NCBI GenBank assembly: GCA_964632175.1
Contig: CAZWBJ010000004.1
Coordinates: 1-63,744 of the forward strand
DNA length: 63,744 nt
Source of the DNA: Candidatus Hadarchaeota archaeon
GTDB taxonomy: Archaea; Hadarchaeota; Hadarchaeia; Hadarchaeales; JAWBSP01
Direction of reading: 5' to 3'
In this document: positions 27,402-37,299 of the stretch, piece after piece
Numbering within the stretch: position 1 is the first letter of the stretch
Layout: every line of letters begins with the position of its first letter
Position numbers and translations under genes: made by a program
Notes under the pieces: generated by a model
Databases searched by the model: none
What the model saw: only the letters and a program-made list of their open reading frames with translations
What the model was told of the DNA's origin: nothing

Positions 27402-27716
27402 TTGATGAAGGAACTGGACGAAATTTTTGAGGCGGAGAGGAAAGCCGCGGAGATTTTGAAAAAGGCTCAGCAGGAGGCCGAGAGGATGAGAGAGGAGGCT
27501 AGGAGGAAGGCACAGGAGATCAGAGAAAACCTGAGGAGGGAGGGGGAAGAGGAGGCCAAGAGGGAGATGGAAAAGTGGAGGGAGAAGGCGGAGGAGGAGG
27601 CAGCGAAGCTAGAAAGCCAGACGGAGGAGGAGCTGAGGGAGCTGGAGCAGAAGGCCAGCAGAAATTTAGAGAAGGCCTGCACCCTCCTGCTTCAGGAGGT
27701 GCTGGGTCAATGCTGA
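27402..27716 (+). CDS. atpH: A1AO ATP synthase subunit H (peripheral stalk, E/K/R-rich coiled coil)
   Basis: 104-aa charged helical protein directly upstream of atpI, overlapping its start. The assignment rests on position and composition. Confidence 0.65.
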   Translation: MMKELDEIFEAERKAAEILKKAQQEAERMREEARRKAQEIRENLRREGEEEAKREMEKWREKAEEEAAKLESQTEEELRELEQKASRNLEKACTLLLQEVLGQC

Positions 27717-29686
27717 GGAGCACTAGGATGCTGGAATTCAGAGCCCTGATTCCCCAGCGGCTTCAGGAGGAGGTCGTCGGTCGCCTACACAGTATTGGGA
27801 TAGTTGAGTTCAGGGAAACCAAGCTTCCACAGCTCAAAAGGAGGGAGGTTCAGCTCCAGCCCATCTTGCATCTCCTTGCTAGGGCCGAGAGGATAGTAGG
27901 GGAACTGAAACCACGCCCAAGGGTTCTGGAGCTAACGAAGGAGCCGAAGATCGAGGAAGTCCTGAGGAGGGTGGAGGAAAAACTCTCACAACTGGAGTCC
28001 AAGCTGGATCCACTTTTGAGGGAGAAAGAGGAGCTCTCGGGCAAAAGGGAGAGGCTGAGCGAGGAGAGCGAGCTCGTGAAGGAGGTTCTCTCGCTCGGCA
28101 TAAAGCCGGAGAGAGCGTTCGGGACGGAGAGAATCTCGGTTTGGCTCGGCAGGCTGGAGGAGGAGAAAATAGATTCCTTTCTGGGCTCCCTAAGGGAAGA
28201 GCTGGGGGGAGGGTTCTGGTTCGGGCGTTCGGCCAAGCGGGGAAAACCCCTGTTTCTCCTTGCCTCCCTGAGGGAGAATGCTCCGAAAGTCTCCTCCCTC
28301 CTTTACAGGTTCGGCGTGGAGGTGGTCCAGCCCCCGGAGGTCTTGGGGGAAAAGAATCCGCTCGAGAGGGTACGAGGGGAGCTGGAAGAAGTTTCGGAGA
28401 AGGAGAAAGAGGTGCAGGACGGGCTGCGGCGGCTCTCCAAGGAGGCGGAGGATCTTCCCGCCCTTCTCGAGCTTCTGAACCTCTACAAGGAGAGGATGGA
28501 GGCTTCCTCGCTCTTCGGTTACACCGAGGCCACGGTCATGCTGGAGGGGTGGGTGCCGAAGGAGAAGGTGGCGGAGCTCGAGAGAGCCCTTCGGGAATCC
28601 TCGGGCGGGAGGGTGATCTTCCGCGTCCAGGAGCCGCTGGCGGAGGTGGGGGAGGTGCCCACCCTGCTCAGGAATCCCCCGATTGTCAAGGATTTCGAGC
28701 TCTTCCCGGAGATTTATGGTCTTCCAAAGTACGATGAGGTCGATCCAACTCTCCTCCTCTCCTTCACCTTTCCCTTCTTCCTAGCCCTCTGCATTGGGGA
28801 CGCGGGGTACGGGCTCCTCCTGGGAATCCTCGCCTTCTTCTCTCCCGGTCTATTCAAGGAGGTGATCACGGGGAGGCTGAGGAAAATCCTGCTAGTGGGG
28901 GCAGCGTTCAGCGTTCCCGTCGGCCTGCTTGTGGGCGGGGTTTTCGGCTTCGGTCCCCTGTGGGTTAACCCCATCAAGACTCCCATCCCCATCCTCAAGC
29001 TGGCAATCCTCATCGGCCTGACTCATGTGACGATCGGTTTTCTCCTCTCCTCGCTCAAGGGATGGTGGAGGAGGGACTGGAGGGAGGGGCTGGACGGTCT
29101 GGCCAAGGCGGTTGGGATTTTGGGATTTTTTGGTTTGTGTTTTTCCATCGTGGGCATCGGTCTGCACGAGTTTGGCATAAATTACCGCTTTCCCAAGGTC
29201 GGGCTCTCCGAGGCTCTTAATCCAACCCTAACCTCCGGCCCCTTCCTTTTTAGGATTCTCTTTTACTCCGGACTCCTCCTCTCGATTTTTCTCTCCATTC
29301 AGGCGGGCAGGGGATTGAGGAGGATTTTCGGCCCCATAAACACAGTCTACGGGGTGACGGGTTGGATTTCGGACGTCGCCTCCTACTCTAGGCTGATGGC
29401 CCTCTGCATGGCTACGGCGATCATCGGCTTCACCATCAACTATCTCTTGGGCATGGTTTACGGTTCGGTTTCCGGACTTCCCCTCTTTCTCCTCGGCCCC
29501 ACTCTGCTCGCCTTGGGTATCGCTTTTGTCCTCCTTCACTTGGTGAACACCCTGCTGGGACTTCTGGGGGGGTTCGTCCACACCATGAGGCTTCACTTCG
29601 TAGAGTTTTTCAGCAAATTTTATGAGGGAGGGGGGAGGGGGTTTGCACCCTTCAAGGTTAAAATGGGTTTGGTGAGGTTTGGATGA
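27710..29686 (+). CDS. atpI: A1AO ATP synthase subunit I (a-subunit homologue)
   Basis: An internal ATG at 27710 gives MLRSTRMLEFRALIP. A soluble N-terminal half is followed by a polytopic C-terminal half with the conserved SYSRLMAL arginine region. Confidence 0.9.
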   Translation: MLRSTRMLEFRALIPQRLQEEVVGRLHSIGIVEFRETKLPQLKRREVQLQPILHLLARAERIVGELKPRPRVLELTKEPKIEEVLRRVEEKLSQLESKLDPLLREKEELSGKRERLSEESELVKEVLSLGIKPERAFGTERISVWLGRLEEEKIDSFLGSLREELGGGFWFGRSAKRGKPLFLLASLRENAPKVSSLLYRFGVEVVQPPEVLGEKNPLERVRGELEEVSEKEKEVQDGLRRLSKEAEDLPALLELLNLYKERMEASSLFGYTEATVMLEGWVPKEKVAELERALRESSGGRVIFRVQEPLAEVGEVPTLLRNPPIVKDFELFPEIYGLPKYDEVDPTLLLSFTFPFFLALCIGDAGYGLLLGILAFFSPGLFKEVITGRLRKILLVGAAFSVPVGLLVGGVFGFGPLWVNPIKTPIPILKLAILIGLTHVTIGFLLSSLKGWWRRDWREGLDGLAKAVGILGFFGLCFSIVGIGLHEFGINYRFPKVGLSEALNPTLTSGPFLFRILFYSGLLLSIFLSIQAGRGLRRIFGPINTVYGVTGWISDVASYSRLMALCMATAIIGFTINYLLGMVYGSVSGLPLFLLGPTLLALGIAFVLLHLVNTLLGLLGGFVHTMRLHFVEFFSKFYEGGGRGFAPFKVKMGLVRFG

Positions 29687-30192
29687 TAGCCGAGGGTGTG
29701 TGGGTTGCCCTAGCTGCGGCCCTGGCGGTCGGGATTCCGGGCATTTTTGCGGCCTTGGGGGTGGGAATAACGGGCGTGGCAGCCTCGGCAGTCGCAGCGG
29801 AGGATCCGAAGAAGGCCTACAAGGCCCTCTTCTACGTCATCATGCCAGGAACCCAAGGAATATACGGTTTTGTAGCTGCCTTTCTGATTGTCCTCACCAC
29901 GGGTCTGAAGGTGGCACAGTCCGCGGGCGGGGGCCTTGAGATCCTTCTGAAATCCTCCATTGCCGGGATACCAAACATCGGGCTTCTGGTGCTCATGTGT
30001 GCCCTTCCCGCCATCCTTCAGGGAATAACCTCCTACTTCCAGGGAAAGGTTGCTTCAGCAGCGGTTTCCGCTTTCGGCAAGAAACCCGAGGTTTTTGCTG
30101 CAGGGACCATGTACGTGGTCGCCGTCGAGCTTTACGCCATCTTGGGTCTACTCTCCACCATCCTGATGCTTTCTCTCACTGGCATACTCTAG
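29683..30192 (+). CDS. atpK: A1AO ATP synthase proteolipid subunit K/c, duplicated (4-TM, NtpK-like)
   Basis: 169 aa. PGTQGIYGFVAAFLI, FQGKVASAAVSAFGKKPE and VAVELYAILGLL align with Enterococcus hirae NtpK as I recall it. Confidence 0.9.
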   Translation: MIAEGVWVALAAALAVGIPGIFAALGVGITGVAASAVAAEDPKKAYKALFYVIMPGTQGIYGFVAAFLIVLTTGLKVAQSAGGGLEILLKSSIAGIPNIGLLVLMCALPAILQGITSYFQGKVASAAVSAFGKKPEVFAAGTMYVVAVELYAILGLLSTILMLSLTGIL

Positions 30193-30193
30193 C

Positions 30194-30784
30194 TTGGAGG
30201 AGAGCAAGAGGGTAGTGGAGGTCATCCTAGCCGAAGCTGAGAGGAAGGCGGGGGAGATTCTGGAGTCCGCAAGGAGGGAGGCGGAAAGCCTCCTACAGGG
30301 GGCCAGGATTTCTGGAGCGGAGGAGAAGGAGAACATACTCCGGCAGGGAAGGATCAAAGCGCAGGAGCTCTTCAGGGAGAGGCTCATGGCAGCGAGGCTC
30401 GAGAACAGACGCCGGTTTCTCTTGAAGAGGGAGGAGCTCCTCCTGCGGGTCTGGGAGGAGGTGAGGAGGAGGCTGAAGGACTTCGCGGGGAGCAGGGAGT
30501 ATGCCGATTGGATGGAGAGGGAGCTGGAGAGGGCGGGCGCCGAGCTTGGTGCCGAGCTGGAGGTGGAGGTGAGGGAGGAGGACCTTGGGCTTCTGGAAAG
30601 GTTGAGGGAGAACCTCAGAAGAAAGGGACTCAAGATAAGGGTAGGCGCTCCCACCCATTGCTCGGGCGGTTTCAGGGCGAGGACGCCGGACGGGAAATTG
30701 CTGGTGGACCAAACCTTCGAGCGGAGACTTGAGAGGCTGGGGGAGGAAACTAGGGCGAAAATTGCAAAGGCCATGTTCGGATGA
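30194..30784 (+). CDS. atpE: A1AO ATP synthase subunit E
   Basis: 196 aa, TTG start. A charged N-terminal helix (ILAEAERKAGEILESARREAE) plus a globular C-terminus. Position in the operon supports the call. Confidence 0.85.
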   Translation: MEESKRVVEVILAEAERKAGEILESARREAESLLQGARISGAEEKENILRQGRIKAQELFRERLMAARLENRRRFLLKREELLLRVWEEVRRRLKDFAGSREYADWMERELERAGAELGAELEVEVREEDLGLLERLRENLRRKGLKIRVGAPTHCSGGFRARTPDGKLLVDQTFERRLERLGEETRAKIAKAMFG

Positions 30785-31854
30785 TTCTTCCTCTAATCTT
30801 CCTGCTCTTGGGCGCCCTTCTCCTGCTGGTCTTCCTAGATGCCCGGAGAACCTTTCCCTACGTTTACTGCAACGCCATGGTCAGCTCCTGGGAGGGCAGG
30901 ATGCTGGACTCAAAGAGGGTGGCGGAACTCTCCGAAATGGATCCGGAGGGAATCCTCTCTGCCCTCTCCGGGACGGATTTCGAGGGCTTGGAGCTGGGAG
31001 AACCGGTGAAGGTGGAGGAGGAGATGAGGGAGAGGTGTGCGGCCAGGTACAGGGAGATATGCCAGAATCTCCCGGCCAAGGGGAGGAGATTTTTCGAGCT
31101 CCTCCTCGAGCGCTTCGAGCTCTACAACCTCAAGAGCCTCCTGACCTCCCTCCACACCGGCCTGCCACCTCAGTTCCTTCCTTCTCCCATCAGCAGCAGG
31201 GAGAGGCTTCAGCTCCTTTCACAGGTGAAGAGCGTGGAGAACCTCTTGGACTTCCTGAAGGGTACGGACTACGGAGAGGTGCTGCTCGAATCGCTTGAGG
31301 GATACAGAAAGAGGGGGCTCTCCTTCATGCTCCGCAGACTGGATCATCACTATTACCAGAAGCTCTGGAGGGAGGCCCAGAGGCAGAGAAAATCGGTGAG
31401 GGAGCTGGTGGGGGTGGAGATAGATCTCGCTAACCTCAAGCTGCTGGCTAGGCTGAAGAAGGAAGGGGTGCCCCCAGAGGAAATAAGGGAGCTCCTGATC
31501 AAACCTTCCCATCTCATCCCCGCCCACCTGCTAGATCGGATGGCCGAAGCCGAGGATCTTTCCTCTCTCCTGCAGATGCTTTCCGACACACCGTACGGCG
31601 AGGCGGTTTCGCGGGTTTCCCAGCAGGTGCAGGCCTCAGGCTCCCTCCTCCCGCTTGAAAAGGAATTAGAGGAAGGATTCCTCAGGCTCTGCAAGTGGTA
31701 CTCGTCCGCCGATTTCTTCAGCCTTGCCCCGGCCGTTTGCTTCTTTTACATGAAGGAGGCGGAGCTCAGGAACCTGAGAATTCTCTTGAGGCTGAGGGCG
31801 AGAGGGGTTCAGTCAGTAGAAGTCCGGGAGATGGCAGTTTTCCATGAAGTGTAA
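30781..31854 (+). CDS. atpC: A1AO ATP synthase subunit C (d-subunit homologue)
   Basis: 357-aa helical protein, with 4-nt overlap to atpE and overlap with atpF. Operon position supports the call. Confidence 0.85.
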   Translation: MILPLIFLLLGALLLLVFLDARRTFPYVYCNAMVSSWEGRMLDSKRVAELSEMDPEGILSALSGTDFEGLELGEPVKVEEEMRERCAARYREICQNLPAKGRRFFELLLERFELYNLKSLLTSLHTGLPPQFLPSPISSRERLQLLSQVKSVENLLDFLKGTDYGEVLLESLEGYRKRGLSFMLRRLDHHYYQKLWREAQRQRKSVRELVGVEIDLANLKLLARLKKEGVPPEEIRELLIKPSHLIPAHLLDRMAEAEDLSSLLQMLSDTPYGEAVSRVSQQVQASGSLLPLEKELEEGFLRLCKWYSSADFFSLAPAVCFFYMKEAELRNLRILLRLRARGVQSVEVREMAVFHEV

Positions 31855-32173
31855 AATCGCCGCGGTGGGGGACCTGGAAACGATCACGGGATTCGGGCTG
31901 GCGGGTGTCACTCACCTGCACCTCCATCGCGAGCGGGCCGAGACCCTGGAGAAAATAAAGGCCCTCCTCTCCGATCCGGAAGTTGGACTCATTCTCCTCA
32001 CTGCAAGGGTCAAGGAGGAGCTCTCCGAAGAACTAGGGGAGCTTCTTAAATTCAAGGGACCCCTGCCGATGGTTCTGACAATTCCCGACAAGGAAGGGTA
32101 CTACCCTCCCGCCGTTGATGAGCTGGAGAGGCTGGTGAGGAGGACGGCCGGAGTGGAGGTGGTGCTGGGATGA
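31844..32173 (+). CDS. atpF: A1AO ATP synthase subunit F
   Basis: 109 aa. MKCKIAAVGDLETITGFGLAGV is the typical F-subunit N-terminus. Confidence 0.88.
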   Translation: MKCKIAAVGDLETITGFGLAGVTHLHLHRERAETLEKIKALLSDPEVGLILLTARVKEELSEELGELLKFKGPLPMVLTIPDKEGYYPPAVDELERLVRRTAGVEVVLG

Positions 32174-32820
32174 CGAAGGCGGTTGCAACAATCTCGCCCA
32201 CGAGGATGGAGCTCATAAGGCTGAGGAGGAGGATAGAACTCGCCCAGAAGGGGCATGATCTGCTGGAGCAGAAAATGGATGCTCTGATGATGGAATTCTT
32301 GGGCCTGGCGAGGAGGATCAGGGTGAAGAGAAAGGAGGCCTTTGGGAAGCTGCTGGAGGCTCACAGGAAACTCCTGCGCTGCATGGCTTGGATGGGAACG
32401 GCTGAAACAATCCAGGCAAGCCTTGAAACGGCAAGGGAGCTTGAGCTTGAGGTCTCCAGCCGCTCCATCATGGGGGTTAGAGTCCCCATGGTGGAGGAGG
32501 TCAGAGCCCGCAGGAAGCCCACGGAAAGGGGCTACTCGCTTCACACCGGATCGGCTCTCCTGGATGAGGCGGCCCTTCAGTTCGAGGAGACGCTTTCCGC
32601 TCTTTGTGGGCTGGCGGAGATGGAGGAGGCGGTTAGGCGGATAGGACGGGAACTGGAGAGAACGAGGAGGAGGGTGAACGCCTTGGAGTACGTGCTCCTC
32701 CCCCGTCTGAAGTCCATGGTGGCGTTCATCGCCTTCAGACTGGATGAGATGGAGAGAGATAACTTCGCTAGGCTCAAAAGGATAAAGGCGATGCTCGAGG
32801 GGAGGGAGTGGAGGAAATAG
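32170..32820 (+). CDS. atpD: A1AO ATP synthase subunit D (central stalk)
   Basis: 216 aa. SPTRMELIRLRRRIELAQKGHDLLEQKMDAL. ATGA overlap with the atpF stop. Confidence 0.92.
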   Translation: MTKAVATISPTRMELIRLRRRIELAQKGHDLLEQKMDALMMEFLGLARRIRVKRKEAFGKLLEAHRKLLRCMAWMGTAETIQASLETARELELEVSSRSIMGVRVPMVEEVRARRKPTERGYSLHTGSALLDEAALQFEETLSALCGLAEMEEAVRRIGRELERTRRRVNALEYVLLPRLKSMVAFIAFRLDEMERDNFARLKRIKAMLEGREWRK

Positions 32821-33188
32821 TTCTCCGCGAGCTGGTCAGGCTCAACGCGCACCTTCCCAAGAGGAGGGTGAGTCTGAAGGAGGCGCTGGAAAAACCGGTG
32901 GTGGAGCTCGCGGATGGCGGGACCCACCAGTTCAGGAGGTCCGAACTCGAGCTGCTAAAATCACTCCTGCCCGAGGAGGACTGGGACTCCCTCAAGATTC
33001 CCATTCTGATAGAAATGGACCCGAAGCTGGGGAGGGGGGCCGGAAGGATCAGGGGGAAGCTGGAGTGCAGAGTGGTCGCTAAGGTGCTGGGAAAACAGGA
33101 AAGGGAGGAGCTAGTCCTCTATCTCCCGGAACTTGCGGAGCTCAGGGGGAAGCTTCAGACCACCACCGAATACCTCTTCACGGCATGA
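32808..33188 (+). CDS. UPF0216 (DUF61)-like archaeal protein
   Basis: 126 aa. LNAHLPKRRVSLKEAL...LLPEEDWDSLKIPILIEMD..LGRGAGRIRGKLE resembles the UPF0216 family as I recall it. Confidence 0.55.
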   Translation: MEEIVLRELVRLNAHLPKRRVSLKEALEKPVVELADGGTHQFRRSELELLKSLLPEEDWDSLKIPILIEMDPKLGRGAGRIRGKLECRVVAKVLGKQEREELVLYLPELAELRGKLQTTTEYLFTA

Positions 33189-33445
33189 GGAGATTGGTGG
33201 CCCTTTATCCGGTGGCGAACGTTCTCGCCCTCACCGGTTTTCTGGCTGCGGTCCTTCTCCTAATGGGTCTTGAGCCCCCCCTCACGGCTGCCCTTTCCCT
33301 CTGGTTCTGTTTTCTGGGGCTGTTTCTCGTCTACTCGATGGGGAGGAAGCCCCTGAAGAAGTTGGGCCTTCAAAGGTACGTGGCAGGTTTCCTGCTTCTT
33401 GTAGGTGTGCTTGCTCTCTCGCTCACCCTTTCCATCGTAAGATAA
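33185..33445 (+). CDS. small membrane protein (hypothetical)
   Basis: 86 aa with three hydrophobic segments. ATGA-type overlap with the upstream gene. Confidence 0.45.
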   Translation: MRRLVALYPVANVLALTGFLAAVLLLMGLEPPLTAALSLWFCFLGLFLVYSMGRKPLKKLGLQRYVAGFLLLVGVLALSLTLSIVR

Positions 33446-33450
33446 AGAAT

Positions 33451-35271
33451 CTACCCAGAGCTTCCGGCTTTCTCGAGCCTCCGCCTGAAGATGTAATTTA
33501 TGATTTCCCCGTAGGCTGGGCGGGTGATGAGCACCGCTATTAGAACCCCCAAGATGGTGACGATGGCGAATCCCTTCATGGCCCCGAAGCCGATGAAGAG
33601 GAGCATGAACATGGCTGCCACCGTCGTGAGGGCCGCGGTCAGGATGGTGAGGAAGGCCCTCCCGATCCTCCCCCTTATCCCCCTGGGCCGGTACTCCTGA
33701 ATCCTTCCCTTGAGAACCTCATCGGTTATTATAATTTGGTGTTCCACCCCGGTCCCTATCACGGCAAGCACCCCGCCGATCTCCGCCATTCCCATCGTCT
33801 GTCTTATGGCCGCCGCCGCACCGACGGTGAGGATCAGCTCGCACCCCATGGTGGTCAGAATGAGGAGAGTTATGGCGGGGTCCCTGTATCTCACGAAAAG
33901 CACGGCCATGATGGCGATAACGGCGGCGAACGCAGCCCTCTTTATCTCCCTCGCGAACTCGCTCCCTAGCCTCGGGGGGATGAAGGTGGTGGAGACTATG
34001 GCGGTTTTAGTTGTCAGCCTCTGAGATAGGACATTCCTCAGCTCGTTTGCTTCCCTGGTTGCCTCAGCCTCGGTGCTCCGCGTACCGGTTATCTCAACCT
34101 CCCTCTCCTCTTTTCCAGCTATGCTTTCCATGATTCTAGGGGCGGACTGCATGCCGCATCCTTTGAAAATCCAATCGCTTATCTCCATGGTCCCCTGTGG
34201 AAGAAGCTCAACTCGGTTGTCGAACAAGTTGTCGAGGAGCTCTAGGGTCTGGGGAGAGAAGATCGAGTTGTCTCCCAGCACGATGCACCTGCTCTTCGTT
34301 TTTCTGAACTCTTGAATCAGCGAGATGTCGTTCTCTCCCGGGTTCCGCGGGTCAATGGGGAGGGCGTGCACGAGCAGGTAGAAGCCGTGGGTCTCGTCTA
34401 TTTTTGCATAGAACTGCCTCCTACCCTCCGAGTAATCGGTCACGAGAGGATAGGGGGGGCCCGCTTTGGTCAGCCGTCCAAGCAACCCGCGGTCGAACAC
34501 CAGCAGCGCATCCACGGGACGGTCGAGATATATCACGAGCGGGTAGCCTGCCTTTCCTTGGGAGCTCTCGGCGAACCTTCTTGCCCCATCTGCCGAAATG
34601 CGCAGCGGAACCTCATATTGATATCCCCTCTGTGTGGAGCTCACACGCACAGAGTAAATGATTTCAATATCCACTCCCCGGAGTACGAGGGTGTTCTCGA
34701 TGAAGGCTTCCAGTTTTCCCTCCTTCTCTATGAGCGTTTTGGCTTTCTCCGGCTCCATGGCTGGGATTTCAAAGAGAAGCAGGTCAGTCCCGGCTGGCCT
34801 CGCTTGGACCCCCAGGAGACCCGTTGGGTCGATTCTGTTCAGGAGGGTGGTGGCCACCTCGTCCATGGTGGCTGAGCTGACCGCCCCCTTGGAGATGGAG
34901 AGAAGCTCGCCGAAGTTTTCAACCAGCCCCCCAAGTACCGTCTCGTTCACGGCAGTACCGATCTCTACTTTTACCTCGCGCGTGCCGGTGTTGACATCCA
35001 GAACTTTTACATCCGATAAGAGGGCATCGGCGAGGTGATCCCGCATCTCTTTGACCGAATTGAGCCGCTCATCAAAGGGCTGAGCGAACCGGATGATTGC
35101 CTGCGTGGCCTCCAGCCTGATCACGACTCTGGATCCCCCCGCGAGGTCAAGCCCCGTGGTGATCCCCCTGAATTCAAACGACAGGCCTCGCCAGGGTTGC
35201 CATATCCCAAGCAGGGCCAAGAGGGTGAGGGAGACCAAAAGGACGATCCTAGAGTTCCTATAGAGAGACAT
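33451..35271 (-). CDS. secD: protein-export membrane protein SecD
   Basis: The probable start at ATG 35271 gives MSLYRNSRIVLLVSL. N-terminal TM, a large external domain, and a C-terminal 5-6 TM bundle. It overlaps the secF end by 14 nt. Confidence 0.85.
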   Translation of the reverse strand: MSLYRNSRIVLLVSLTLLALLGIWQPWRGLSFEFRGITTGLDLAGGSRVVIRLEATQAIIRFAQPFDERLNSVKEMRDHLADALLSDVKVLDVNTGTREVKVEIGTAVNETVLGGLVENFGELLSISKGAVSSATMDEVATTLLNRIDPTGLLGVQARPAGTDLLLFEIPAMEPEKAKTLIEKEGKLEAFIENTLVLRGVDIEIIYSVRVSSTQRGYQYEVPLRISADGARRFAESSQGKAGYPLVIYLDRPVDALLVFDRGLLGRLTKAGPPYPLVTDYSEGRRQFYAKIDETHGFYLLVHALPIDPRNPGENDISLIQEFRKTKSRCIVLGDNSIFSPQTLELLDNLFDNRVELLPQGTMEISDWIFKGCGMQSAPRIMESIAGKEEREVEITGTRSTEAEATREANELRNVLSQRLTTKTAIVSTTFIPPRLGSEFAREIKRAAFAAVIAIMAVLFVRYRDPAITLLILTTMGCELILTVGAAAAIRQTMGMAEIGGVLAVIGTGVEHQIIITDEVLKGRIQEYRPRGIRGRIGRAFLTILTAALTTVAAMFMLLFIGFGAMKGFAIVTILGVLIAVLITRPAYGEIINYIFRRRLEKAGSSG

Positions 35272-36133
35272 AGTACATCCTCTTCTTGGAAGCATGCCAG
35301 AGCAGTATGCTGGCGTTCAGGAACCAGGTGTTTAGTAGGTCGGCGGCCAGACCGAAGACGAGAACGGTGGAGAGCTGGTCGAGGGAGGGGTTGGTCACAA
35401 AGAGGTTGACGGCGAGCATGGTCAACAGGGTGGTCAGGGTTATGGTGAAGCCCGTCTTCATGGCCGAGGCCACCCTCTCCTCGGGTTCCCCCTCGAACCT
35501 TTTGAGGACATAGGTGGCGAGGAGCACGTTCGTGTCCACCCCGTACCCGAGCAGCAGGAGCAGGCCGGCAAGAGAGGCTAGGGAGAGAGGTGTTCGGGTG
35601 AGGCACATTCCGCCCACGGCGACCAGCAGGTCGAGAAGCACGCAGGGAACGGTTAGCAGGGTTACTTTTCTTCGATAGACGAAGAGAAGGCAGAGACCTA
35701 TGGCGAGGGAGGCGATGAGGATACCTTCCACCGCCTGCCGCTTGTATATCCTCCCGAGCGCGGGCTCGTAGGGGAGGATACTGGGGTTTTCGAGTCCAAA
35801 GCTGGAGAGGAGTGCGAGTATCTGGTTTTCTTTCTCTTCATTCTCGTATACGAGAGCAGTGGTCTGAATGTCGAGCCCAAATTTTCCGGTGGCTGGGTCG
35901 GTAGTGACTTCGGCCTTCACCTCCTTCTGAAGCATCCCTCGCAACGAACGCTCTATGGAGGCGACGTCCGGTTTGTTTTCGAGTCCTTGATAGCTTATGA
36001 GGGTCCCGCTTGAGAACTCAAGGCTCATGGGAAGACCGAGAAGAAGGATGAAAAGGCACATGCAGGCCGCCAGCGCGAGGGGAGAAAGTACCATTCTGCG
36101 CCTGCCAAGTTTTCTGATGAACTCTAGGAGCAT
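35258..36133 (-). CDS. secF: protein-export membrane protein SecF
   Basis: 291 aa. LLLLGYGVDTNVLLATYVLKR is typical of SecF. Confidence 0.88.
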   Translation of the reverse strand: MLLEFIRKLGRRRMVLSPLALAACMCLFILLLGLPMSLEFSSGTLISYQGLENKPDVASIERSLRGMLQKEVKAEVTTDPATGKFGLDIQTTALVYENEEKENQILALLSSFGLENPSILPYEPALGRIYKRQAVEGILIASLAIGLCLLFVYRRKVTLLTVPCVLLDLLVAVGGMCLTRTPLSLASLAGLLLLLGYGVDTNVLLATYVLKRFEGEPEERVASAMKTGFTITLTTLLTMLAVNLFVTNPSLDQLSTVLVFGLAADLLNTWFLNASILLWHASKKRMYYVSL

Positions 36134-36155
36134 CTTTCTTTTGCCGTGCGGTTAA

Positions 36156-36917
36156 ATGAGGATGCCTGCAGAGGGAGAGTGGGTACTGCTGCTGCACCGC
36201 ACCGGTGACAAGTACCTGGTGAGGGTGGAGGATCGGGAGTTCCAGAGCAGCATGGGGGTCCTGAAGCTGGGGGAATTGAGAAAGCTTCAGTTCGGGCAGA
36301 CCCTCAAATCCCATCTGGGGGAAGAGTTCCTGGTTCTCCCCCCCTCTCTCCCGGACTTCTTTGAGAAGCTGAAGAGGGCCCCTCAGGTGGTGCTTCCCAA
36401 GGACGCCGCGCAGGTGGTTGCCCACACAGGGGTGGGTCCGGGGGATGTGGTGGTGGATGGCGGGACGGGTTCTGGATGGTTGGCGATTTTTCTGGGGAAC
36501 TTGGTCAGGCCAGACGGGAGGGTTTACACCTACGAGATAAGGGAAGAGTTCGCAAGGGTGGCTGAGGAAAATATACGGAAGGTAGGGCTGGAAAAAATCG
36601 TTACGGTGAAGAGGAGGGACATATATCAGGGGATCGACGAGATGGAGGTAGATCTAGTCTCCCTCGATGTCCCCGAGCCCCACCGGGTAGTCGCCCACGC
36701 GGAGAAGGCTCTCAAAGTGGGGGGATACCTTGTTGCCTTCACGCCCTGCGTCGAAACTCTGCAGCAGCTCTATCAGGCGCTGAGGGGAGGCAGGTTCGCC
36801 GAGCTGAAAACCATCGAGTGCCTGGTGAGGGAGATTCTGGTCAGGCCCGGCGCGACGAGGCCGAGCACGGAGATGATAGCCCACACGAGTTACTTGACCT
36901 TTGCTAGGAGGATTTGA
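36156..36917 (+). CDS. trmI: tRNA (adenine-N1)-methyltransferase TrmI (Gcd14 family)
   Basis: 253 aa. An N-terminal beta domain plus the SAM motif VVDGGTGSGWLAIFL. The family layout is recognised. Confidence 0.85.
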   Translation: MRMPAEGEWVLLLHRTGDKYLVRVEDREFQSSMGVLKLGELRKLQFGQTLKSHLGEEFLVLPPSLPDFFEKLKRAPQVVLPKDAAQVVAHTGVGPGDVVVDGGTGSGWLAIFLGNLVRPDGRVYTYEIREEFARVAEENIRKVGLEKIVTVKRRDIYQGIDEMEVDLVSLDVPEPHRVVAHAEKALKVGGYLVAFTPCVETLQQLYQALRGGRFAELKTIECLVREILVRPGATRPSTEMIAHTSYLTFARRI

Positions 36918-37299
36918 CGGGTCTCGCCTTATACCCGTAGCAGATGATTTCCCCCTCCTCGCTTATTTTCCTGAAGACCATCTCCACCTCCTCACCTATC
37001 TTCACCTCTTGTCCAGCCGTGTCGGTCAGCTGGGCAAGCACACGGCAGCCCTCCTCAAGCTCGATCAGTGCGATGATATACGGGACCTGTTTCTCAAATG
37101 CTGGCGCTGGGGAGTAAACCTCGGTGAAGGAGATTATTTTCCCCTTTCCCTTAACCTTATAGGGTTCAACGTTTCCCTTTCTTCCGCACTGGGGGCAGAG
37201 GTACCTCGGCGGGAAAAAGACCTTTCCGCAGTTCCTGCAGCGCGTCCCCAGAAGGTTATACCTGCTCGGTATCTCCCTCCAAAATCTGGGGGCCGCCAT
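36904..37299 (-). CDS. DUF35 OB-fold/zinc-ribbon protein (scaffold of the thiolase/HMG-CoA synthase complex)
   Basis: 131 aa. The zinc ribbon CRNCGKVFFPPRYLCPQCG is followed by an OB fold. TAATG overlap with the thiolase stop. Confidence 0.85.
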   Translation of the reverse strand: MAAPRFWREIPSRYNLLGTRCRNCGKVFFPPRYLCPQCGRKGNVEPYKVKGKGKIISFTEVYSPAPAFEKQVPYIIALIELEEGCRVLAQLTDTAGQEVKIGEEVEMVFRKISEEGEIICYGYKARPVKSS

